Position numbers and translations under genes: made by a program. A DNA stretch of 64,000 nt, from the NCBI GenBank assembly GCA_020536535.1, contig JAHLWZ010000277.1, positions 1 to 64,000 on the forward strand, given 5' to 3'. The notes below the pieces were generated by a model that saw only the letters and a program-made list of their open reading frames with translations, was not told the DNA's origin and made no database searches. Of this stretch, positions 38,798 through 49,553 are shown in pieces. Position 1 is the stretch's first letter. Every line of letters starts with the position of its first letter. The DNA comes from Pelomyxa schiedti. Its lineage: Eukaryota > Protista > Evosea.

Positions 38798-39006
38798 TTC
38801 GACTGTGGGGTCTGTTGTCTGTGAAACTTAGAAAGTTCGAATCTTTCATTGGCCCACTCACACTGAGACTCAGGGGAGAGTAGCAACCCCGCGTAACGAG
38901 GGAACTCTTATGCTTCAGTTTCCAGGGAGCGTTTGCTTCGACTTCTCCCCTACACCCAAATCAGGAAAACGCCGATCAATTTGGAGCCAGACGTTAATTA
39001 AACAGA

Positions 39007-39681
39007 CCTGTATTATCTACCAGAAGGTGTTTGCAAATAAATATATAATAACAGCAGCTGTGTTGTGTTATTCCCCAAAATGATGCACCCAAATGCTCCC
39101 AAATGCACCACCAAACCGCTGCAACCACCCACTTTGCTCCCAAATGCACCGCTCTCAAATGCCACCACCAAACTGCTGCAACCACCCACTTTGCTCCCAA
39201 ATGCGGCCTTGCTTGCTCCAAATGCACACTGATGCACACTGCACTCTCCAGAGAATTCCTCCCTATATGTTCTGTTAATGTCAAAGTAAGTAACAACGTG
39301 GTTAATAATTAATTGACTCTGATAGCAGGCATTTAGCACTATCCTCTCTGTGCAATAGAGAGGCGGCTTGTAGGGGAACCTCTTCACCCTCACTGAGTGA
39401 GGGTTGTGCTGAGCACGAGGCAATTAATAATAGTATTTTCCCCCGCCTGTATTATCTACCAGAAGGTGTTTGCAAATAAATATATAATAACAGCAGCTGT
39501 GTTGTGTTATTCCCCAAAATGATGCACCCAAATGCTCCCAAATGCACCACCAAACCGCTGCAACCACCCACTTTGCTCCCAAATGCACCGCTCTCAAATG
39601 CCACGCTCTCAAATGCCACCACCAAACTGCTGCAACCACCCACTTTGCTCCCAAATGCGGCCTTGCTTGCTCCAAATGCAC
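39007..39681. repeat. Direct repeat pair (221 and 236 bp, 218-bp spacer) built from CAAATGC-containing subrepeats
   Basis: 39007-39227 is identical to 39446-39681 except for a 15-nt extra subunit (CACGCTCTCAAATGC) in copy 2. Each copy holds an internal repeat of CCACCAAACYGCTGCAACCACCCACTTTGCTCCCAAATGC. Confidence 0.93.
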
Positions 39682-40226
39682 CACCAAGCTGCCTGCGCCT
39701 CCAACTTCCTTTGCTGTGTGCCTCTTATTTGCCGGTAGTTCTTCCACTGCACCCTTTTTTTTTTGTTTGTGTTTTAAAAAAATTTTCCCTTAAAAAGCCA
39801 AAAATTTTGGCGCGAAGTTTTTCCTCCCAGAGATCCGCGGTCTTGTCGTTCCACGACCCCCATGCCGTTCTGTTTTCGTAGTAGGCACGGTGGACTTGGT
39901 GGGAGTGGCTGTAGTGAGCAGTACCTCTAAGGTTCCAGGAAGCGGGGCGGAAGAAGACATGAGGAACGCGGAGACACAGGATGTGGTGTAGGTTGTGTGG
40001 TGGGAGCCAAGGGGGTGTAGTAGAGGACGTGGTATTGTGGTGAGGCTTTGGGCAAAGCGGTTTCGGGAAGATGAAGATGACGATGACGTTTTGTTCTAAC
40101 CTTTCGCGAAACCTCTGTTGCTCAAGGTGCATTGTGAAAATTTGTAAGAAATACAGCGCATCACCTATTACGGGAATGGCCTAATTAAGTCAGAAAATTG
40201 GCTCCAAGTTCTTCCTTTTTATGGAT

Positions 40227-42445
40227 TTACAGTGATAAGGCAACGAAACAAGCAAATAGCAAAACACTAACATAAAGTAGACGGCCGTAGGTAGCCTCAG
40301 AGGATTGAGGTTCTGATGTTGCCTGCGTTACTGTGAGGGATAGAATTTGACTTCATTGTACCTGGTAGAGATGTACTTCATAACCCTCAAACTGCTCTGT
40401 GAATTCCTTTGCTTTGCTTAATGTCCGGCCCTCATTCACCACCTCAAATGAAAGTGCTTGGCTTAGAGTTATCTGGAAAGATAAGTTACAAGATGCCAAG
40501 AATGGATGCCCCAAGAGAAATTCAATACCTTGTAAACTGTTGGTGTAGATTGCAGGTTAACTGCGAAAATGTACAAGTAATTCTGGTACCACCGCGTTGT
40601 AAAAGCCACTGAACCCTGAGCCTCCGGAGTAAGTGAGACGGTCACCCCTGGAACTTCCTGTGAATTCAAAACCGGTGCCAGTGTTGCGAGAGTGGCACCA
40701 ATTGATGCCATCTCTTCTTGTACATCAGCTGGTATATCTTTGAATTTAAACGAAGGTGTGAATACCTTGGTTTAAATGTGGAATTTATAGATCAAGTTAG
40801 ATTGGGATGAGAAGGGAATTTTACCTGAGGAAACCACCCAATGCCATCCGCGCCATGTATAATGGCCATCCAGGCCTCAGCACGAACCTCTACGGGTGTG
40901 GGAGCTCGGTTTACATCATTAATATAACTGCACTCCAGCCATGTGAACACCCATTTCTTCTTGTTTGTAAACCTATCCATTTGAGAATGAGGGATCCAAA
41001 ATTGATTTGGGCCGAGCACACCTTTCCAGGCTCATGATCCCTTCAGCTTCCCTCCATAGGAGGTCCGACCCATTAACATAGCTGGCAACAGGATATATGT
41101 CGAACGAGACAATATCTGTTGCAGCAGCATAATCAAAATAATTGTAAAAGGCCATCCACCTATTTGTTCTATCTGACACCCCACTACCAAGGTTCGTGTA
41201 AAAAGAGTGAGAATCATCAGCTTGCATAAGAGCCTCCCTCAAGCTGGAAACATCAGAAGGTGTTGGACCAGGCACATAATTTGTTCCGTTCCACTGCATA
41301 TTATCTGGTTCATCAGTAAACATCCAACCTAAGAGTGCAGGGTGGCTCATAAGTGATGTCACCTTTGCTTCATCAAGAGTATTATCATCCCCAGGAGTAA
41401 TGATGCCTTTTATTCCAAAGGTATCCAGATTGTTCAAAAACTGTTCATCAGTCTCACCACTCAAGCCATTGGCTATGAATAAGTTGACACTAAGATTCTT
41501 ATAGAAAGAAGCCAGGTATGATGGCTGAGACCACACGGCTACAGGGAAGAAGGATGGGTCAGCCAGCAATTCGGATACAGTCTCTGGAGATGGAAAGTCA
41601 TAATCCAGAGAGGGAGCCACTCCGGTCTGAACAAACGAGACATTGTCAAAGCGAAAAGCTTCTCTGGGATCAGCCGGGTCTCCTTCAAAACGAATCTGTG
41701 CTATCCCAGTTGAAAATGCTGGACTGGAAACTACCAATGTGCCGTCCATGTAGACATTGAGGCCTGAAGAAGAGGAAATAAAGTCCCAGCGGCGCCAAAC
41801 GCCAGCTGCGCGAGGCGCGGAGGAGCTCGGCCCGTAGGGGCTGTAGTAATTTTTGTGTGTGACGGTATCTATGTAGTTGTACTGGTTCTGATTGAGCCAA
41901 GACTTGCGGAATATTCCCATCTGCAGGGCATCTTCTCCTGCATTGCACACTCCAAACCTATCAACCTGTATTTAGAATTACATCCACCATTGTCTGGTAT
42001 AAGTGTTCCCAACCCAATACATAAAAGAGTGAAATACTTCACACAACAAACAACCTCTCGAACAATCAACAAAACCCAAACAAAACTGGACGAGCACGGG
42101 CATCCCATCCCATAATAACCCCAACCCCAGCCCGAACCTGGGTCCGTGCTTGCCATTCGCGGCAGTCGAAGCCACACCCTCAAGTGTGAAAAAAGTCAAG
42201 TTGCCGTACACAGACGAGGCCCCGGTCGTCAGATCCACTGTAGCTTGCCCGAGATAGCCAACTACGAGGCACTCCGCATCCTCGTCGATCGTCGCGTTTC
42301 CCACAATCCGCCACGTGGTATAGGCCCCGAGAGCGTCGTCGAACCGCTGGAGGCTCAGGTCGGCGGCACCCACTCCCATAATCTGATCACGCGACACCAT
42401 AAACGTTGTCACTACAAGGGCAGCCACAACCGACAAACAGACCAT
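40227..42445 (-). CDS. Secreted, probably GPI-anchored, clan GH-A-like glycoside hydrolase with N-terminal ConA-like domain
   Basis: Signal peptide MVCLSVVAALVV; LLGWMFTDEPD, DIVSFDIYPV, WLE, EVRAEAWMAIIHGADGIGWF. Predicted last exon ATSEPQSSEATYGRLLYVSVLLFACFVALSL*. Confidence 0.7.
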
Positions 42446-42804
42446 GTTTCTTTTTTGCGTTTTTGTCTGATCGTGCCTGAACTGTTTTCAATCAGGGCAA
42501 AAAACGTAACATCTACTGTGGCTTGGTAGATATCCTCCCCAGGATCCCTCTCACAGCTCTTGAGGGATATAACACCTATGATCCAGTTTTGCCACAAACA
42601 CAACTACAATGGTGTTCCCGGCTTATCAAGGCACTATAGGTGTCGCCTGAATCTCCCTCAGGATCCCAACAGATTCGAGGTAATTGTGGTGTTGTGTTAA
42701 CTAAAACCAATTCATTTGTGAACCGGCAATAAATGAGGCATAATGTTGTTTGTACAAATGCACTTTACGGATGGCACGTGTTATCTAACTGTTCTTTCCA
42801 TCAG

Positions 42805-45469
42805 ATGGAACCCCAATTGTGCAGGCAGCAATGCTATGTGTTCTCCATTTTCTTGTGTGTCCTTGTGTGCACGGTATGGCACAAACATATCTTTGCGTCT
42901 TCTGACTGTTCTTTAGAATGTTCTTCCCCACAGTACTTCTGCTAATTTCTCGCCAGAGTATGGTGTCAGTGCTAGTGGTGATATTGAATTATACAGTACC
43001 ACTTACTATGCAAATATCATTGCAGCTGTGACTCAGCCGTTGTACTGCCAAGGAGTCAATCAAACTCCTGTGTTTATTTCAAATGCCTTCTGTGTGGAGT
43101 ATGCAGCTATTCTAACCACGGCAGTTGCAGTAAACCCAAGCTGCTCAACTGCGTGGCTCACTGCACGGATCGTGATACAACCAAGAGACTTCTGTGTCAA
43201 TGTTTCAGGCACATATGGAATTCAATTTTACTTTGGGTGTATCGGAGATAACCCAGACTGTGAGGATTACATTCAAACCTCCCCCTCCTTTGTTGGCTAT
43301 GTGAATCTTTATTTTCCTGACGGTGCTGCACAAACATCAGAAACGGTTGAAACTTCTCTCACAACACGGACATATGATGAAAATGGAGGAGGTGTTGACA
43401 CATCATTTGAGGCAGGTCAAAGTGCGTCGTTGTTACCAAAACATAATGAACTTACTTAATAAAAGCTGTGATCATTGAGGAAGCTATCACCACTGACGGA
43501 GGGAATCCAACAAATAATTGCACCTGTACCACGGAGATGTCTGTCTACGATTGGTCTGGTGTTCTACTTGGGAACTACACTCTTGAAACTGATGCCCTGT
43601 TTCACCCAAAATCTCTTCTTCTTTCCCCACTTGAGAATAAGTTCAGGTCTGCACGCAGCCTTCAATTTTTATTATTATATGGGCTGTTTTTCACAACTGG
43701 GTAGTATATATTTGGACCCCAGTGCCTTTAGTGACATTAATGGAGAGTTTGTGCAAATCAAAGCCATTTGTGGTCTCAACTGGGACTTGGAGAACAGTAA
43801 GAAGGAAACTATTGAGGGCACGCAGAACTTCGTTGGTGATCATTCACCTGAGACACACCCAAGGTATTCTGGTCCTGCAATAACTACCAGCTGCACATAC
43901 GAGGAATATGGCACTTTATCTGCTCTCGAACGGAATATTACCATTCACTCCCACGATAACCTCATCACAGTCATAGTCGTCGACTACTATGGGATGGCTG
44001 ATGTTTCCGAATGGACAGAACGGCACAATGTGTGAGTACTCGATTGACAATCACAATGGCTGGGTGGTGACTTCATCTAAGACAAATGGGTGTGTGCAGA
44101 CCGCGGCAAGGGACTTTGATACCGACCTCTTCCGCGTCAACTGTGCTCAAATGCTCGACACTGCAAACGGAGACTGTATTTATACAGTGGTGGAAGAGTA
44201 CACAATACCGCTGTACTCGGGCACCCTCTTCGACACAGTCCTCACCGTGGTGGTTGATGCCAATTTCTATGATGTACGCCTCCTCATTATTCTCACTCTC
44301 CTGACTCAATAAGAAAATGTATCTTCCGTCTTCTACAGAGAGTGAATATATCAACCTCACTGTTTATGAACCGCCTCACTATGTCGCATCTTTGACAGGT
44401 ACTATTGGAGTAGCCAGTTACACTGCCTATGCCGATGTAGTTGCCATGATAAATGCACCATATTGCATTACATCTGTGAATCCCATCCCGCTTTCAGTGC
44501 CAAGCAACACACTGGGTGCCATTCTTTCAGTGACATCAATAACGAAAGCTCTTCACTCGTATTCAGAAGTAGCCGCCCTGCTCACAATGTACCCAGAAAG
44601 TAACTGCTATATTGATGGCAATTTCGTCTTGGAGTTTTTTGTTGAGTGTCTCCCTGAAGACCCTACCTGTGACGGTGGTGTTCTTCAGGATTTCACATCC
44701 TTCACTACAGATGTCTTCATTAGTATCCCGCACTGCGGGAATGAAAATAGCACTCTCTATATAAGCACATATTATCCGAATGGTAGTTTTGCTGTGTCTC
44801 TCCAACCAGGCCAGAGTGCGCTACCCGCTGTAACTTCTTTTTTTTTTTCCCTAACCTTGCTCAACAGCAATCACCATTGATGAGTACTTCATTACTGACG
44901 CCGGTATTCCTGATGAGGACTGTGACTGCAAAACTGACGTGGACTTGTATGACTGGTCAGGAAATCTCCTGGGACACCACAACGTTGAAACAGAAGCTCA
45001 GCTTTTTCATACCACCTTGCTTTTTGTGTCACCACTTGAGAACAAATTCAGGTCAATATCATCACAGAGTCTTAACAGCGTCTAAAAACGAAACAGTGTC
45101 TACCTTGACCCCAGTATCTTCTGTGGTGTGGTTGGAGTAATCAGTGCCACTTGTGACATCAACTGGGGAAATGGGCAAGCAGCACAGGCTGTTTCTGGTT
45201 ATGCAATAATCACAGTTGGGATAGATGACAGCAGTGGGGAGGACAGGGACCACAAAACCGCCATGATCATTGGGGTTATTTTGGGCCTAGTGACTGCCGG
45301 CGTTGTGGCAGGAGTGCAGTTCAGTTTCTTAGATACAAAAAGTGCGGAAAACAGGTACTTACCTCTTGGTGACTGGCGGGAGTTTTCTGGCGGAATGAAC
45401 CTGTTTGGAACAAAAATGGTCCATAAACTGGTTTTACCCTTGTTCGAAAAAAGATACAGCGTTAAATAG
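42805..45469 (+). CDS. Type I membrane/surface protein with two internally duplicated acidic Cys-containing modules, unknown function
   Basis: Hydrophobic N-terminus; repeat pair YDWSGVLLG..LSPLENKFR / YDWSGNLLG..VSPLENKFR; TM segment AMIIGVILGLVTAGVVAG. Both ends uncertain. Confidence 0.7.
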
Positions 45470-45488
45470 TGGGTGCAAATCAGTGTTG

Positions 45489-48400
45489 TTAATCAGTTTT
45501 GTGTGGTGCCACTGGTGTTGATGTGCTACTGGCGGCTAATTTTGCGGTGGTGGAATTCAGGTGAGTGGCTATTTTGGGTACGCACTTGGGATCAAACCGG
45601 CACTCCTGTGAGCAAAACTTCTCCAGTTCTCCGTGCTGCTGCTCCGTCGGGGGCTGGACCCTCCTGTCCATTGACACCTGAGCCCCCTTGCCCGGGTCCC
45701 TCACGAAAAGCGGCCAGTACCCGCTGGACACTGCCCGCTTCATCTGCGAGAGCGCGCGCACCAGCCCGCCGCCCTTGATCCCGTGCTCCATGCACGGGCA
45801 GTAGCACAGCACGAGCGACGGCCCGGGGTGCGAGTCGGCCTCCTGCAGCACGCGCACCGCGTGGGCGGGGTCGGCGCCGTAGCACACCGACGCGACGTAC
45901 ACGTGGGGGTAGCACATCGCCAGCTGCGCGAGGTTCTTCTTGTTCCGGGTGTTGCCGGTGGAGGCGAGCTTCGCGTAGGCCCCGGTGTGCGTGGACTTGG
46001 AGCACTGGCCTCCTGTGTTGGCGTATACTTCGTTGTCGAGGACCATGATGTTGATTTTCTCCCCAGAGGCCAGGATGTGATCGAGACCTCCGTATCCAAT
46101 ATCGTAGCTGTGTTTGGGTTGGTATGCAGAAAAAAAAAAAAAAATGAAAAGAAAAGGAGGCATACGCCCAGCCGTCACCACCCACAATCCAATGGGTTGT
46201 CCTTGGGAAGAAGTCTTTGAGTAGGTAAATTTGCTTTAGCACCTCACTTCCATGTTTTTCAGTTTCCAGGAGGGGTAGTAGACGCTCGTAGGCAGCTTCT
46301 GCTTCTGTGGGGCTTGCTTTTGCAGATAACCAGGATTGCAGCGCTGCTTTCAGTTGGGGTGAGACAGTTTCACTGGACAAAGCCTGAGTTATCAGTGCCT
46401 GGAGTTGCTCTCTTTGTAAACTGTGACCCAACATCATTCCAAGCCCAAGTTCGGCAGTATCTTCGAACAAGCTGCATGCCCAGGCCGGCCCCCTGCCCTT
46501 GTCATCCACAGTGTAAGGACTATTCCAGGCTGTTCCTCCCCATACTGTACTGCATCCTATTCCATTAGCGATGACCAGTCTCTCTCCAAATAGTTGAGTT
46601 AAGAGCTTCACATAAGTAGGTTGTGCACAGCCTGCACAAGCGCCGGCAAACTCAATCAAAGGTTTTCGCAGTTGTGACCCCTTTATAGTGTTACGTTGAC
46701 TGGAAGTTCCGGTAAAAATAGATGGGTCATTAGTATGATTGGATGCAAAAGCCCAGTTTTCTCTCTCCTTGTTAGTTTGTTCATCAACTGCTTCTAGTGA
46801 AAGGCATTGTGTGGGGCATGCTTGAATACAGGCATTACATCCAGTACAATCATCTGGCGAGACTTGGATTCGGTATGACGCATTCACACTGGTTTTATCT
46901 CTCACAGGAATCGTTTTGAAAGATTCTGGAGCCTTCTGCAATTGTCCCTCAGTGAAGATGAAGGGTCTGATGGCAGAGTGGGGGCATACAAAGGAACACC
47001 TATTACACTGTATGCAACGACTACTGTTCTTCCAAGTGGCCACATGTGAAGATATAGCTCGCTTTTCATGCTTTGTTTGACCTGTAGGTTGCCAACCTCC
47101 AGAATAAGGAACAAATGTGCTTACAGGTAAATCAGATTGCATGTGCTTTAGGGGCTCGAGTATACTTTTTTCTATACTGGAGTTATCCTCCGGTACTTGA
47201 GAATGAGACCCTAGATCCAAAGAGAGCCATTCTTTTGTTGGGTACTCAATTTTCTGGATGCCATCGAGAGCAGCGTCAACAGAAGCTATATTTTTTGAAA
47301 CTACATCATCCCCAAATCTTGCATAACTTTCAGAAATAGCGTCTTTTAGGCTCTTCAACGCTTTTTCAAGAGGCATAACGCCAGATAACTTGAAGAAAGC
47401 AGCTTGCATGATGTTATTTGTATGACCAGAAAGATTTAACTTTTCAGCGATCTTGGAGGCATCAATTGCAAAGAGGTTGATGTTTTTGCTTGCAATTTGG
47501 TGTTTGATTGTTGAGGGTAATTTAGAGGAAAAGTCCTGGGTGGACCAATTGGTATTGACTAAAAGGGTACCATTGGGCTTAACAGAGCGAAGTAAGTCTG
47601 GGTACCTGTCATAATTAAGTCAGGCCATTAGTGCTGCATGATTGCAGGAGGTTAATTATTAAATATTACTGGAATGGAGAATTGCATTGAGAGGTATTCT
47701 GGAACACTGGAAGACACAAAGTCAGCTTCTTGAATAGGATAATGTTTTTCCTGTGGTGTTGTGCCAAAACGTAAATGTGATACTGTTACTCCTCGCATTT
47801 TATGTGCGTCAAACAAAAAGATTCCTTGCGTGCACAGATCAGTGTGCTTTGATATAATTGCTGTGGCATTGCGGTTTGCCCCCACGGTTCCATCACCACC
47901 AATGCCCCAGAAGATGCATTCTACGCAATGTGCGGGCTTCAGGCTGGAGATCTTATTGCTTGGTGGGATAGACATGTGCGTGACGTCATCTAAAATGCCC
48001 ACGGTAAAGTGCCTCTTTGGAAATGGCTGAGAAAGGTGTTCAAATACAGCAGCTGCGTGAGCTGGGGTAAAGTCTTTATCTCCAACGCCGTACCTCCCAG
48101 CAATAACAGTGGGGATGTGCCGGCCACTGGATACAAGGGAAGCGGCAACATCTAGATAGAGAAGCTGTGATGCAGCAGTATCAGCTCCACACCTATCCAA
48201 TACTGCAATCTTCTTTGTGGTGGCAGGAAGGGCATTGACGAAATCCGCAGTACTCCATGGCCTAAGGAGATGGATTCCCAGAACTCCCACTTTTTCTCCC
48301 CTTGAGCACATATCCCTTACAGTCTCAGCGACGGTGTGAGTGGCTGCTCCCATAACCACAACCACTCTTTCAGCATCCCGTGCGCCCTCATATTCCATCA

Positions 48401-49409
48401 ACTGGTGCCTTCTCCCTGTGCCGCCTTCCAGCCTCATTAACACCCCCTTGACTATCTCCGGTACGCGCATCATAATCCCCACCCCAGTCTCTTGCTGTTG
48501 CCAATAAGTGTCTCTTCCCTGAACAACGCCTTTCGCCTTCGGAGAGCTCGGCGTCGCGGCGCTGCTTCTGAACTTGGCGATGTGCTCCCACGGCACCAGC
48601 TTCTCAGCAATGAAGTCCTCCTCCAGCTCCCTCACGGTAGACAGCTCATGAGACACCTGCATGCCCTCGAAGAAGTGCAAGAACGGCAGGCGCGACTCCA
48701 CCGCCGCCGCGTGCGCGACGGCCGACATCTCGCACGCGTCCTGCACGCCGTGCGAGCACAGCACGGCGCAGCCGCTCCTGGCCGCCGCGTACACGTCCGA
48801 GTGGTCGGCCTGGATGGTGACGCCCTGGCCGGCGACCGAGCGCGAGGCCACGTGGACCACGAGCGGCAGGAGCTCCCCGCTGATCTTGTAGAGCTCCGGG
48901 AGCATCAGCAGCAGGCCCTGCGACGACGTGAAGGTGGTGGCGAGTGCGCCGCTCAGAAGCGCGCCGTGGCAGGCCCCCGCGACCCCGGCTTCGCTCTGCA
49001 TTTGCTTCACGACAAGGGGCCGGCCGACTCGGCTGGGGCTTTTCTTGTCCTCGGAACTGCGGCGGCTCCTCTGGGGCTCGAACCCGCGACCTTCTGGGGG
49101 GAGGAGGAGGAGGGGCGTGGCGTAGGCGTTGGGGGGAGGGAGCCGCGACACGATTGTGGGACGGCGGTCGGCCGACGACCACTGCTCGACGTGGTGGGCC
49201 ATGGGCGTGGACGGAGTTATCGGGTACACGAACGCGACGTCGGACATCCCATAAGCCACCCTCGCTGTTGCTTCGTTGGCATCTACACAAGACCGCTGCC
49301 GTGCCGTGTGGCTGCACCTGTTCCCGCCGCTGCGCCATTGTGGGACCGCTGTGTCCCATCTCACCGCACCAAGCGAAAGCGCTGTTGTTCTCACTGGCGC
49401 GCCTAACAT
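45489..49409 (-). CDS. Pyruvate:ferredoxin oxidoreductase (divergent), with N-terminal extension
   Basis: YPITPS, MQSEAG, TFTSSQGLLLM, FWGIGGDGTVGAN, two 4Fe-4S motifs (CIQCNRCSFVCP, CTGCNACIQACP), GACAGC, GGDGWAYDIGYGGLDH, EVYANTGGQ, YCPC. Confidence 0.95.
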
Positions 49410-49553
49410 TGCTATTGATTTTTCTTTACACTTTACCGAAAAAGTTTTAGAGGTTCCGGACATGAAGCTCTTTAGCGTTTCGGCATAGAGCATGATAACT
49501 GGAGTGGAATTTGTACATAAAAGTGGTTTTTTTCTTGTGGCTATGATGTACAA

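Noticed and set aside
38831-38856. tRNA-like T-arm GAAAG-TTCGAAT-CTTTC
   Set aside because: No D-arm or anticodon arm at the proper spacing; not a tRNA.
39080-39681. CRISPR-like array
   Set aside because: The repeats are nested and irregular, have no unique spacers and no cas genes, and the context is eukaryotic.
48492-49450. Long overlapping alternative-frame and antisense ORFs over PFOR (also 45740-46220)
   Set aside because: Shadows of GC-rich coding sequence with no motifs.
49409-49553. Upstream in-frame extension of the PFOR ORF to 49553
   Set aside because: It abuts the TRIM-like stop codon and is AT-rich; more likely intergenic/UTR, though the true start is unproven.
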